A stretch of DNA of 64,000 bases from Octopus vulgaris. Its lineage: Eukaryota. The stretch covers positions 117,118,001 through 117,182,000 of the forward strand of contig OX597823.1 of NCBI GenBank assembly GCA_951406725.2, given 5' to 3'. A program made the position numbers and the translations under genes. The notes beneath the pieces are model-generated. The model was not told the origin of the DNA. It worked only from the letters and a program-made list of their open reading frames with translations, and ran no database searches. Below, piece after piece: positions 25,797-39,723 of the stretch. Numbering within the stretch: the first letter of the stretch is position 1; each line of letters opens with the position of its first letter.

Positions 25797-26579
25797 ACAG
25801 GAGTAGCTGTGTGGTAAGAAGCTTGCTTCCCAACCACATAGTTCCAGGTGCAATCCTACTGCATGGCACCTTGGGCAAGTATCTTCTACTATAGATTTGG
25901 GCTGACTAAAGCCTTTTGAGTGGATTTGGTAGACAGAAACTGAAAGAAACCCATCATATATATGTATGTATGTATATTTGTGACTTCTTTGATGCTGACA
26001 TGCAATGTCTGTGCAAGACCCTGCCTCAGTAAAGCTGGACTCATGAGTCATCTTTGTAGTCATAAAACGAGACAGATGAGTGACAACCTGGCCACTGGTG
26101 GTGGTATAACAGACCATACTAATCATATCTGTCGGGCATGTGGAAGAGAGTATAATTCGGCAGGAGGACTTAAACGACATGCAAAGGTACATGAAGCCCA
26201 GTTACAACTACAGCCGGCTATAACCAGTAAAGGTTTTAGTTGCCAATTTTGTACAAGCCATTGTAGAAATTTAGCTGGGCTAAAAAGTCACATTTGATCA
26301 CAGCACCAGTAACAGTTAAGCTTCGTACAATGGCCATACTCGATAACGAGGGGGCAGCCATAATAATAATATTTGTATGTCTGTGTTTGTCCCTCCACCA
26401 TCGCTTGACAACCTATGCTGGTATGTTTATGTCCCCATAACTTAGTGGTTCAGCAAAAGAGACTGATAGAATAAGTACTAGGCTTACAAAGAATAATTCC
26501 TGTGATTGATTTGTTTGGCTAAAGGTAATGCTCCAGCATAGCCAAAGTCAAATGACTGAAACAAGTAAAAGAATAAAAG
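25797..26579 (+). mobile_element. SINE family A interrupted by an RTE 3' fragment
   Basis: Head at 25797-25960, tail at 26377-26579. Confidence 0.85.
25982..26368 (+). mobile_element. 5'-truncated RTE 3' end encoding three C2H2-like fingers
   Basis: CNVC..SHLCSH, CRAC..RHAKVH and CQFC..SHI*SQH; tail hairpin CTCG-ATAA-CGAG then (TAA)n; TSD ATATTTGT at 25974-25981 and 26369-26376. Confidence 0.75.
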
Positions 26580-26643
26580 GAAATATATATGTACATATAC
26601 ATATACTTGCACACATACATCCACACACCCACACTCATGTATT

Positions 26644-26677
<34 letters not shown>

Positions 26678-27044
26678 TACATACACATACAATCATCATT
26701 GTCATTGTTTTAATGTGTTTTTTATGTTTTCATGGGTCAGATTAGAGTACAAAAAGGAAGAATTTTCTCCAACCCTTTCTGACATCAACTCTGTCTGATG
26801 CTGTTGAAGTAATCCCCCAGCCTATTGAACAGCAAACTGCTTGGACATGACTACATGGAGAAGTGGAAACAAACAACACAAATCGAATGAGCAATTTGTT
26901 TGCAAATGACATGTCCATCTATATATGCATATATAAACATGATATTTATGTATGTAAACACCCAACCCTTCACACTCAGTTTGAATTAAAATACTTAACA
27001 CTTGCCCAATTTAGCATTACCACAGACCTTGCTATAATTACGAG

Positions 27045-27505
27045 AATCCAGACTGAAAAGAAAAAGAGCTTGCCAGCTCCAGGAACAACATTTAGTCATA
27101 GAGAAAATGGTCTCTTGAAGTTCCTCAAGATGGAAGATTTCATTATTACCATAATATTAGTGATATTTCAAATGTCATGGATCAATGTAAATCAGATGAA
27201 TGGTGAGCTTCCATTGGCAGCTGAAACGTCAGTTTAAAGTGGGTTTTAATTAATGAACATGAAAATGTACTTGCTTCCATACCAATTGGCTAGCAATAAG
27301 TACAGGAAAACGAAAGTAATGAAGCTGTGAATATTGTTTTGAAAAAGCTCAAATACATTGAGCCTGAGATATGTACGAAAATGAAAGTACTGAGCTTACT
27401 GCTTGGACAACAAAGTGCTTGTACTAAATTTCTTTGTGTCTATGGGACAGTTAAATTTTAAAAGATGACTAGATGAGAAAGGAATGGCCAGAAAGAAGAT
27501 TGTTC
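27045..27505 (+). mobile_element. Degenerate CMC (Chapaev3-like) transposase fragment
   Basis: PAPGTTF..RE..LKFLKMED, SDEW*ASIGS*NVSLKWVL...LASIPIG, IVLKKLKY..IC..MKV..LLGQQS..TKF.C and RKEWPER; family assignment is from recalled motifs. Confidence 0.65.
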
Positions 27506-29111
27506 AGAAATTATACAAAAATGAAGATTTTTCATTAGTCTAATTCAATACTTATTCAACAAGACGTATCTGAATTCTTTATTATTTTGAAATTTAATCA
27601 GAATATATAATCAGCTTAATGTTTGTAGAAGTATGGTAATGTAAAGATTACCAAAGAGAAGTGAAGTGTTCATGTACTTAAAGTCTCATGCTATATAACA
27701 ATCTCTCAAGCAAGAATGGTAAGACAGCACAGAAAGATAGAATGAAACTATTACGTAACTTGGTAGATATCTGTTACAACCACTTCTCTCCAACATATCA
27801 TAATTATCCAGATGCCTTGACGATGTCAAGTGGCCATTATTTGAATCTAATGAGAGGAGAGTATTGTGGAATAATATGTATCTAGTGACAATGAGTCATA
27901 ATCTATGTAGGTTCCGTCCCTCATTGCAGCCAGTGGCTTTTAACTTACATTGCTATGGTTTGGATGAAAGGTATAAATGTCACAGCACTTTTTATCTCTT
28001 TGTCACCTGAAAATGGAGAAGGCATTAGGAAACCATTTTGATGTACCTGTCTGGAACTAATCTAAGAAGACCATAAAATGTAAGAGGTATCATTGGAATA
28101 TTGCTGGGAATTAGAACACATTGCAGTGTCATCCAGAATGGTTTTATATTGAAGTAGCTGTAGATGTAGTTGAGTCAGCTTAAACTGAAAATACCTTTAG
28201 CTCAACAGAAGATGACAACTTAATGCTTTGTGGTGTAATTTTCTTGACAGCTAAAGTCCACTAAGTTTCCTGCATTCCACCTGTGATTCCACTAGTCTGA
28301 TGTGTTAAACCCCAATTATAGAAATAGGAAGGTAATAAAAGTTACTTAACAACGCAAAGAGAAAAATATTCATTCAGTATTCTAACTGGTTTATTCTGGC
28401 TTTTTATGTCAATCAACACATTCTGGCCATATTCTGTGTAACTAAAAAATAGTTTCAATATTGTTTATACTGTGTTTGACATTTAAAAATTTTTCACTTC
28501 GCAATTATTTTTTGTCACATCAAAAATATTAAATAAATTTATTTTTCTCTTCACCTCCATATCATTCTTGAGGAAGTCAACTTTTCCGTCTATCCTTCAA
28601 GAATTGAATAAAATGAAATACTAAATGATAACCGAGGCCAGTTTAAATGGATAACCCCATCTACCCCACCAAATTTGCAGGCTTGTGCTTATATTATAAA
28701 TGTTTGCTAACAATGTTTGATATGTATAAAAGGAAACACTACTTCAAATAAACTACAAGGACAAATCTACCTTGTTTACATAGAATATATTGTGTTAATA
28801 ATTATTATTCTAAATAACTGACCACATGCCGTCAATAATGACAGCTATTTGTAGTATTTTATACATAAAAAAGGTACAAAATACGCTACACACATACAAA
28901 TATTCACATACTTCCCTTGTACATATACACATATACTCACACAGAGTTGAAAAGCTGTTTTTTCCCCGCCTTCCTTATTCAACTCTCATCCCTTCCTTTC
29001 TCGCATTGCTATTACTTTCTCCCTCTCTACTTCTTACCCTCACTACTTCATCACTGAATTGCTGTTTTCTCCCCTACGCTACATCCAGCATAATTCTGAA
29101 CAAATATATAC

Positions 29112-29160
<49 letters not shown>

Positions 29161-29283
29161 TATATAAAAACACTACGATCATTCTTATATTAGGAGATAT
29201 AGTCCTAAATCAAGATGACTTTATAACCTATGGACTTCATTTCATAGGATCTTGTCCAGTTATATAAATTAAATTAAAACTGT

Positions 29284-29566
29284 AGGTGTAGGAGTGGCTG
29301 TGTGGTAAGAAGCTTGCTTACCAACCACATGGTTCTGGCTTCAATCCCACTGCATGGCACCTTGGACCAGTGTTTTCTACTATAGCCTCAGGCTGATCAA
29401 AGCCTTGTAGGTGGATTTGGTAAATAGAAACTGAAAGAAGCCTGTCGCATATATATATAGAGAGAGAGACAGACAGACAGACAGATATGTGTGTGTGTGT
29501 ATATATATTTGTATGTGTGTCTGTGTTTGTCCACCCACCATCGCTTGATGACCGATGTTAGTGTGT
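29284..29566 (+). mobile_element. SINE family A, 3'-truncated
   Basis: Head and body homology. Confidence 0.85.
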
Positions 29567-29569
29567 TTG

Positions 29570-29866
29570 CAGAGATGATTTTTAAAATGAGAATATCTGA
29601 AATAAACTCGACTGCTCTCACAAACAAGAATACTAAAAATAAACCTGACTGATCTCAATAATTAAGTAAAAAACACAGAAAAATTATCCAGAATCCTTGT
29701 CCAGTACCAGATCAATCTCCAAATCTAATCAGTTCATGCCAGTCATGAGGCCAAACATCCCTGAAAGTTTCATCCAAATCCATCCAGCAGTTCTTGAGAT
29801 ACCTTGTCCATGGACAGACAAACAAATGCGACTGAAAAACAATACCATCTCCTATGCTAAGGTGAA

Positions 29867-29870
<4 letters not shown>
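29570..29870 (+). mobile_element. Non-autonomous Helentron/DINE-like 3' fragment
   Basis: AAGTTTCATCCAAATCCATCC..., ACAGACAAACAAA and a terminal imperfect hairpin ACC..CCT..AGG..GGT before TAA. Confidence 0.5.
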
Positions 29871-29910
<40 letters not shown>

Positions 29911-29939
29911 TGATGATAATAATATTAAATATTATTAAT

Positions 29940-30208
29940 AGTAAAAGGGAAGCTGTCAGAAACACCTAGATAAGATCCCAGGCGAACCATGTCTCAGAGA
30001 AATCCAAAAGATTCTACTGACAAGTAGTGTCCACATCCTTAGAAAAACCCTCTCCATTTAAATGTCTGTGTTATATTACATGAAGATATTTCACTACCCC
30101 CCCTCCCCAAGCTTTCAGTCATATTGTAACATCTCTTATCCTTCACTTGCCCCAGGACACTGGGTGTGTCATGGCAAGTGACTGTAACACAGAGCCAGAT
30201 TAAAAGTA
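29940..30208 (+). mobile_element. R4/Dong-clade non-LTR retrotransposon 3' end
   Basis: CQKHLDKIPGEPCLREIQKILLTSSVHILRKTLSI* flanked by (TAA)n. Confidence 0.7.
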
Positions 30209-30247
30209 AAATAATAATAATAATAATAATAATGATAATAAAATAAC

Positions 30248-30427
30248 GGGTGCATTAGGCATGATTGAAAAACGCACAGACAAATACATAAATACCAAAA
30301 CATGAGGACTTATGAACATATAGAAAATAGCACTACTAAGCACTACACACATCCTACATACAGCACTATCAATACAGTGAATATAAGAGCACCACAACAA
30401 ACCACAGCACATACCCAAGGCACACAG
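30248..30427 (+). mobile_element. Second R4/Dong-clade 3' fragment
   Basis: GALGMIEKRTDKYI...KIALLSTTHILHTALSIQ* after (TAA)n. Confidence 0.65.
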
Positions 30428-30591
30428 TGGATTTCTTTAAGTTTCTATCAACTAGATCTGCTCACAAGACCTTGGTTGGCCCAAGGTGCCATGCAGTGGG
30501 ACTGAACCTGAAACTATGTGATTGGGAAACAAGCTTCCTACTATAGCCACACCTGTGCCTATGATTAAGATATAAGCATAAGACATGCTCA

Positions 30592-30790
30592 TGAAGGTGC
30601 ATAGTCTAGTGGTTAGTGTGTTGTACAATCACAAGGTCATGGTTTCAATTCTCTGACTGGGTGATGCATTGTGTTCTTGAACGAAACACTTCATTTCACT
30701 TTGCCCCAGTTCGCTCAGCTGTAAAAGAGTAAACGTTCACTGGACTGACATCCTGTTCTGGGGTAGCCAACCCGATGAGTTTTAGGACTC
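30592..30790 (+). mobile_element. tRNA-derived CORE-like SINE, diverged
   Basis: TAGTCTAGTGGTTAG A-box, GGTTTCAATTC B-box and TTGTGTTCTTGA..ACACTT. Confidence 0.55.
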
Positions 30791-31700
30791 AACACCATAA
30801 GAGATGCTTAATACAGAGAATAGACATTTGCCTCAGGTAATGAATTGTTGTGTTGTCTAGCATCACAACTCAGATAAAATACATACTCTGTTGGCTTCTA
30901 CACCTGCTTTGTTTCCTTGATTTGTGTAGCTGAGTGAAATAAAACTACCACCAAAAAGCTTCTTCCATCTTCGTACAATATGAGAAAGGAGCAAAAAAGG
31001 ACTAAGTTGGATCCAGTTTTCCTCTCAGTAACTGAATTAGGCCAATTATTTTCAGGTATGAACAATCAGTGGAAGTAAATGCTTCCACCAAAATTGAACT
31101 TTGGTTTTCAGTCTTGACTTACTGTGGAACTTAGCATTGTTCTAAAGCTCTAATCCCACTCATTACTAAGATACATTGAAACAAAAGTTACTGCAACAAC
31201 TAGTTGTAAATAGTAAATTTACTTCAGTCTTCAACTCAAACATAAATCTAAACAGAAAGCTATGAAGATATTACACTGACATGTACATTGACTGATTCTA
31301 AAAGGGAAATTTATGATGGTCAACCCTTGCTGTTAATTATACATAATTTGTTCAGAACACTTGTTACATGGTGCATTTGTCTTGAATGAGAACTGTTGAA
31401 ATTAGAAGAACAGAGACTAAAAGTTTATAAATCTCTCCCACTTCATTCCTTCTCCCAGTTTCACACTAAATAGTCTTAAATAACTTACTTATCGAATAGG
31501 GAAATTGGTTGAATATCTGACTAAAATACCTTCTGGGATTTACTTACGTCATTTTATGTTCTCAGTTTGAAATCTTGATGTGGTCACCTGGGCTTCCATA
31601 AAATAAATAACATTCAAATATTGAGATTAATTAAATCAATCTGTGAACTTGTACCATTGTAAGAATTCATTGTCATCATCATCCCCAACATCACAATCAA

Positions 31701-31757
<57 letters not shown>

Positions 31758-31781
31758 TATCATCATCATTGTCATCATCAT
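31701..31781. repeat. (CAT)n microsatellite
   Basis: Direct observation. Confidence 0.95.
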
Positions 31782-31891
31782 TAGGATAACATTGTTAGAA
31801 TGGTGTTTAGTTTCATTTCTTTATGCTGCAAGTTATGTTCCCATGAGGACAATTTTGGCTTTCATCCGTCCAGATGAGATAAAATAGATAC

Positions 31892-32430
<539 letters not shown>

Positions 32431-33138
32431 TAAACTAATGCAAGAGTCTCTGTACAGTCTCTTAACATGCTACAAATAACAGTCAATATCCCTCAAATCA
32501 CTCTCTACCTTCTTAAGTAATAAAAGGCCACATTAGATAATGTGATTCTACATATTTCTAATGTGATGGGATAGTTATGACTGGAACACCTTGAACCTAG
32601 ACTCAATATGCCCAGGATGACAAAGAATGCCACTGGGTCCACTTATATTCAATTTCCCCTTACCATTGTGCTTATCACTTTATCCCATCAAGAGGTTCGC
32701 TCATTTTGTGCCATCAAGTATGATTTCATTAACATCAGATCACTTGTAAACCATCACTCAACTTCTCTCTCACACTAACAAACGTGTAGCTGCCATCAAT
32801 GTCTCTCCTCCTTGACTTCTTGCCATAATTTTCTCTCTTACATTATTCATTACCATTATTGTCTCCTCTCCATCAATGCCTCCCATTACTGTCTCTCTAT
32901 TTCTCTACTCACTGCCATTATTGACTTTCATTCGTCCTTCCTTCTCAGCCTGATTCTTTTTCTACCTTTGTACTTTCACCTGTCTATCTTCTTGATTAAG
33001 TTGTCCTGAATAAATAGAGATGGCATAGGGTAGCAAAGACTCTTTAGCACTTTGGGTCACAAAGTAGCCACTTTCATTCTGGTGTTATAAAAAAATGTAC
33101 CCTCTACACATGGTCAAGTGGATAGCAGATAAGCTTAG

Positions 33139-33359
33139 CCCTTTCGTTACTGTATTTATTTTGAGATGTTCTGTGTTTCTTTCAATTGCTTTAAATATAA
33201 CAAAGAATTTAGTAAAATTACTTGGTTATCATTAAGCTAGTGTTAGGAACATAAATTGTGACTAAAGTTTGGTGGAAGATTTTAATTCAAAACTTATGAA
33301 AACAAAACATTTGTATTACAGAGCCAGAGCCAGTTTCAGCCAAGTTGGTAACAAAAGGG
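33139..33359. mobile_element. piggyBac-like MITE
   Basis: (TTAG)CCCTTTCGTTAC...GTAACAAAAGGG(TTAA). Confidence 0.8.
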
Positions 33360-33616
33360 TTAAAGAATGTAAGGTTTGAAAGAACCATTTAGTGTGGCCA
33401 AGGAAGAGACAAATAATCTAGTGTTGGTGCCATGATGAGTGTACCCAGTACATTCTGGTGTTAGGAAGCATATCCAACCATAGACACCATGGTGGTTCTC
33501 CAATACGTGTAGGAGAAGAGTAACTCTGAATGATAACTAGCTTCAACTGTGACAACTATTCCACCTATTGAAGCAAGGTGATCATATCTGGTCTCCTTGT
33601 TTCAGTAGTATACTAT

Positions 33617-34003
33617 TTACTCTTTTACTTGTTTCAGTCATTTGACTGAGGCCATGCTGGAGCACCGCCTTTAGTTGAGCAAATCAACCCCAGGACATAT
33701 TCTTTGTAAGCCTAGTACTTATTCTAACAGTTTCTTTTGCTGAACCGCTAAGTCACGGCAATGTAAACACACCAGCATCGGTTGTCAAGCGATGTTGGGG
33801 GAACAAACACAGACACACAAAAACATACACACATATATATGATGGGCTTCTTTCAGTTTCCATCTACCAAGTCCACTCACAATGCTTTGGTCGACCCGAG
33901 GCTATAGTAGAAGACACTTGCCCAAGGTGCCATGCAGTGGGACTGAACCCTGAACCATGTGGTTGGTAAACAAGCTACTTACCACACAGCCACTCCTATG
34001 CCT
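33617..34003 (-). mobile_element. SINE family A
   Basis: Full-length homology. Confidence 0.9.
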
Positions 34004-35240
34004 ATGGTCAGTTTATATGGAGAAATCCCAGAAAATCTTGTAATTATCATTCACCAACACAGCCTCTGGCTTGTGATCATACCTCCTTTCTGTCACCTCA
34101 AATCTAAAAACTTGGATAACATCCCACTGCATGCTTTTACCAACGCAGTCATGCCTACATTTTGTGCTAACTTTTTGCATGCACTTTTGAGAGGCCTTTA
34201 GGAAATGTATTATATAATTGCTTTTAAATTAATATTATTGAATTATAAACATAATTTTACAATGAAATGTTCTCACAATTGTAGAAAAGCATTTGAATAT
34301 TTCAGTTCTAATTAAACCATTAATTATAATTACTTTTCATATAATATAATATGCATAATTTTTCTAAAAGTGTCTTGCATATTTAACAGATAGATAACTA
34401 ATGTAGAATTTGTTTCTAATTGTTGGAATGTAGCATTTCCATGTTTATTTTTTCATTGTCTGCTGACGTCATCAAAGGTTAATACTAAACTGGCATTTTT
34501 TGTAATATTATATTCCTTCTTAATGTTCTTTTTCTATGCAGACATATTCTCTTTATTCACTTTGAATTTAAGCAATTTTGGATTTCCTTATGTTAAAATA
34601 TATTTTTGGCTATATTACTTTCACTGATATTTTCTGTGTCTCACTATGATGACGAAACAGAAGTGATCGTTGGTATTGCATGGTGGATGTAATTACCAAT
34701 TAAAGATGTGACTTTCTCCATTCTTATTTTTTAATATATATAAATATAATCATCCTTTTTAAATTCATTATTTCGAGACTTGCATAGTTTGAACACAGGA
34801 ATATTTACTTCCCTCTTTGTTTCATTCTTTAAAACCCTCCATCAATTTCACTTATTCTCCTTACTTATTCTGTCTCTCTACTTCCTCTCTGTATATATGT
34901 GTGTGTGTGTGAGTGTAAATATGTATGTGTATGTAAATCTAAATATATGTATATGTAAATATATAAGAATATTTTGCGTAATAAGATAAAAAAAAAACCA
35001 AGGTTATATCTACACAGCCTTGGTTTTTTTATCTTATTACACAAAAAATTCTTATATACACACGCTGACATAGAACCAACGTTGAACCCTTTATTTGCAA
35101 TATTACCGAATCTGGAACTTAACTATGGTCTGTCTATAGCACTTATTCAGCATTACCTGACACCTTTGGGTCTCAATGACACCATTATCTCTTATATGTA
35201 ACTATATATATATGTATATACATATATATAGATATATATA

Positions 35241-36130
35241 TTGGGTTGTGAAATAATTCATGACATTTTTTTTTCAGATTTAAAAATGCATGCAGAAATA
35301 GAATGTATTATTAAAATGTTTTATGTTATTTGAAAGAGAATTCTTTGTTCTACAAGAGAGTGTGTTTTGATTTTTTAAATTTTATTAATTTCTGTGTATT
35401 TTCAGATCATTAAAACAGAATGTCAAATGGACAACAGTGAACATTTTCGACACCATTTGCTTTTTGCATTTAATTGAGGTGTTAATCAACCCTGCCCCTG
35501 AAGCTGCTTGTGAGATTTATGTTGTGTATAGAGAAGGGGCAATGCCCCAAAGTACTGTCCTCTGTTGGTTTGCGCTCTGCAAAAATGGGAATTTTGACCT
35601 CAAGGACAGATCACACACAGGTCAACCAATTGAGTTCAATGAACCTTGCCCATTGAGTGAAGGTGGTTCACCACAGTTTTTTTTTTTTCGCAATTCATCT
35701 GCTCCATCAATTCTCTGGTTATTTGATGCGGATTTTCCTGAAGAGGTTGATTCAATCACTCTTCATCACACGCAAGTGGTTGACCAGTTTGTGATCCATC
35801 CTTGAGGTAGAAATTCCCATTTTTGAAGTGCAAAAACCAACGATGGGCAGTGCTTTGAAGCATTTCTCCTCCTCCATACACAGCACAAATCTCATGAGCA
35901 GTTTCAGCAGGTTTAACCCCTCAATTAAATGCAAAACTAAATGCTATCGAAAATGTTCAGTTTTGTCTACTTGATACTCAAATTTAATGATCAGAAAAGA
36001 CACAATAATTACTAAAATTAAAAAATCAATACACACTGTATAATAATATAAAACATTTTGCCAATGCGTTTTATTTCTGTGTGCATTTTAAAATTTGATG
36101 AAAAGGCTCATGAATTATTCCTCAACTCAA
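35241..36130. mobile_element. Palindromic mariner derivative (two inverted 5' halves)
   Basis: TIRs TTGGGTTGTGAAATAATTCATG / CATGAATTATTCCTCAACTCAA with TA flanks; both arms encode the mariner N-terminal HTH (HFRHHLLFAFN..WF..KNGNFDLKD..GQP). Confidence 0.8.
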
Positions 36131-36158
36131 TATATATATATATATACATATGTATATA

Positions 36159-37151
36159 TCAGGTCATCCCATAAGTTCTGTCCGATTTTACCTTTTTTAA
36201 AATTGAAAGAAATTTAATAGTATTTTAGAATGTCTAATGGAATTTAAAATTATTTTTATGCATTTGTGTACATTTAAACCAATTAAATATTATTTTACAG
36301 AATAAAATTTCTTTGATTAAAACCCTTTCTAACATGGAAGTATCCAAAAGCATTTAAGGCTTTATGAGTACAAAAAATGAAACTCTGCAGCCAAAATGAC
36401 TTGAAACATACACTCAGTTTATGGGAAAGAATGCTTGAATGAAAGAACTTGCAGAAGATTTGTTTGCAAAATTCAGAAGTGGAGATTTCAGCCTTGAAGA
36501 TGAAGATTGAACAGGACGTCCAGTTGAGTTTGATGATAAACTCCTTGAGGCATTACTTGAAGAAAATTCTCTTTTATCAGTTGAAGAATTGGCAATAAAG
36601 CTTAGTTCAAACCATACAACTGTTCATCGTCATCTTCAACAACTTGTAAAAGTTCCTAAACTTGGAAAATGGGTGCCTCATGAATTGTCCAAAAGCAACC
36701 ACAAATCACGAGTTGACATCAGCTCTTCTCTCCATTCTCATGAACTCATTTCACCCTTTTTAGAAAGACTTGTGGCTGGTGATGGAAAATGGATCTTCTA
36801 TCAAAATGTTAAATGTCATAAACAGTGGCTTAGTAAAAGGGAAATTCCTCATCCACTTTATTCTCCCAACCTTGCTCCTTCAGACAACCATTTGTTTCGT
36901 AGTTGACAGAATCATTTGGGGGACATAACTTTTACAAGCCAGGAGGGGGTCGAAACTGACATTTCAGAGTTCTTCGCTTTGAAACCAAAGGAGTTTTTAC
37001 ATCGATGGTATTAAAAAGCTTGTAAATAGGTGGAAGGAAGTCATAGATAATCAGGGGAAAATACGTTGATGATTCAATTTCAATTAAATATAACATTTGA
37101 TCACTTGTTTTCTTTATTCAAAATTCGGACAGAACTTATGGGATGACCTGA
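36159..37151 (+). mobile_element. Internally deleted mariner with both TIRs
   Basis: TIRs TCAGGTCATCCCATAAGTTCTGTCCGA at both ends, TA TSD; WVPHEL, GDGKW and HPLYSPNLAPSD; middle of the catalytic domain missing. Confidence 0.92.
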
Positions 37152-37240
37152 TATATACCTATATATATATATGAATATATAAAAACAGATGTACACAAAG
37201 TATGCTCATTGGTAGAAATAGCAGCCAGTAAGTTTACAGT

Positions 37241-37439
37241 GCTATGTAGAGCTTCACTGAATATTTACAGATAACCAATCAGATTCACATTCACACACAT
37301 GATCAGAAGAGTTTGAAACTGCAGTACTGAGTTATCCTTTATTCCTCTAACAGTCTCTGTAGACGTAAGGCAGAAGTTTCCTATATTCACTGCCCACATA
37401 CATCTCTGCCGGTAAATATTCAGTGAAGCTCTACATAGC
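37241..37439. repeat. Perfect 28-bp inverted repeat in otherwise unique DNA
   Basis: GCTATGTAGAGCTTCACTGAATATTTAC at 37241-37268 and its reverse complement at 37412-37439. Confidence 0.9.
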
Positions 37440-37497
37440 TTTATTCTTGCTGGATATTAATGTTATTTTAATAATATCTATATATTTATGTAAATAT

Positions 37498-37884
37498 ATC
37501 ATCATCATCATCATCGTTTAATGTCCGCTTTCCATGCTAGCATGGGTTGGACGGTTCAACTGGGGTCTGGGAAGCCAGGAGGCTGCACCAGGCCCAGTCA
37601 GATCTGGCAGTGTTTCTACAGCTGGATGCCCTTCCTAACGCCAACCACTCCGTGAGTGTAGTGGGTACTTTTTACATGCCACCGACACAGGTGCCAGACG
37701 AAGCTGGCGAATGGCCACACTCAGATGGTGCTTTTTACACTTGCCACCGGCACGGAGGCCAGGCGAGGCTGGCAACGGCCACGATCGGATGGTGTTTGTT
37801 ACATGCCACCGGCACGGAGGCCAGGTGATGCAGTGCTGGCTACGGCCATATTCGGATGGTTCTCTTACGTGCCACTGGCACTGG

Positions 37885-37885
<1 letters not shown>
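37498..37885 (-). mobile_element. Family B element
   Basis: (CAT)n, core and several GTGCCACCGGCAC units. Confidence 0.8.
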
Positions 37886-38340
<455 letters not shown>

Positions 38341-38873
38341 CAATAAATATTAAAAGATGATGATAATGAGATGTAAATGTGTGTTTGTGTGTGTAAATAC
38401 ACACACACATTTATGCACACAGTATCAGGTGCATCCATCCTTACAAACATTGAATCTTGTTTTCTTTGGTAGGATTTAAGAACCACAAGTAACATAAATT
38501 CCATTACAAAGCTTTATTATCCAAAATCCAGTCGTAATATTTGATCTTTTTTATGTCCAAACTGGCCAAATCAGGCCTCTCGCACCTACCCGACAATGTC
38601 GTTCTACACATCATCAGATTCACGAACCTACAAAATAATGCATGATTAATTTGAAACAATGTAGTCATATAAGCATTACAGATAATGGATAAATCTGATT
38701 TCTAAAGGGTTATTCTTGTTCAACCATTTATTTCATTCAGTTCTTATCAGTAAAAGATGTCCCAATACACTGTAACATTCTCTCCATTATCTATTTATAG
38801 TTCTTCAGAGATTGAAGGTTTGCTTCCAACAACTTCTGATCTATTTTACATACATAGACATGCATGTACATAC

Positions 38874-38916
<43 letters not shown>

Positions 38917-39317
38917 CATATTGCATGCATATCTTTCTGCAACTGTTAACTTTCTTTTCACTTTCAATATTCTGTTTCCGTAAAAACTTTCTTTTGAATA
39001 TTCTCTCATCATTCAGGTTTTGCTTTGATTTAATGTTACAGTAAACCCAACTTCATACACAAATTTTATTTCCTGAATCTTATTCAGTTTTGAAAATTCA
39101 AGATTGTAATATATGAAAAGCTTATATGAAGAAAATATATGGAGCAGCTTTATCTATGGTAAAATGTGGAACTGTTGTGTTGGGATTCTGTGAAGTAGGA
39201 TCTACTCTGGTATCACAGAAAACATCTAAGAGCCAGAAGTAGTTGACTGATACGCTAAATGCCAAGTAATATTTAGTTACAGCTCACTGAATCTGAGTTA
39301 AATTCAACTTTATTTTA

Positions 39318-39723
39318 TACTAGCAGTATAGCCCAGAGTTGCTCGGGTTTGTTTTCTTTTCAACCCTTTAGAATTGAAATTTTTGAAAAGTAAAAATTTT
39401 GCATTATGTAGCTTGTTATTCTCTTTAAGTGAACATTATTCTGGTTGAAATACACTGAAAAATGGTGATACAGTAGTAAAAAAATCATAAAAATTAGGGA
39501 TTTTCATAGAAAAAAAGCACCTTTTTGATGTAAATAATTTTTGGTCTTAATATGGTCCGATCTGAATTTTTTATTCTACAGAATGAAGAGCAAGCATTCT
39601 TCTATCATACTCTCAATTTTGGTCAACTTGCACCGCAGGGTCTCAGAGGAGATAGTGTTAGTTGAAGACTACCAAACCTGCCACACACGCTCACACAGAC
39701 AACTTCACTTTATATATAGAGAT
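39318..39723 (+). mobile_element. Non-autonomous Helitron-like element
   Basis: Starts TACTAGC..CCCAGAGTTGCTCGGG (hairpin) and ends CACAGACAACTTCACTTTATATATAGAGAT. Confidence 0.55.

Noticed and set aside
25962-26297. Host C2H2 zinc-finger gene
   Set aside because: No TGEKP linkers, a stop in finger 3, a retroelement tail and TSD, and a position inside a SINE.
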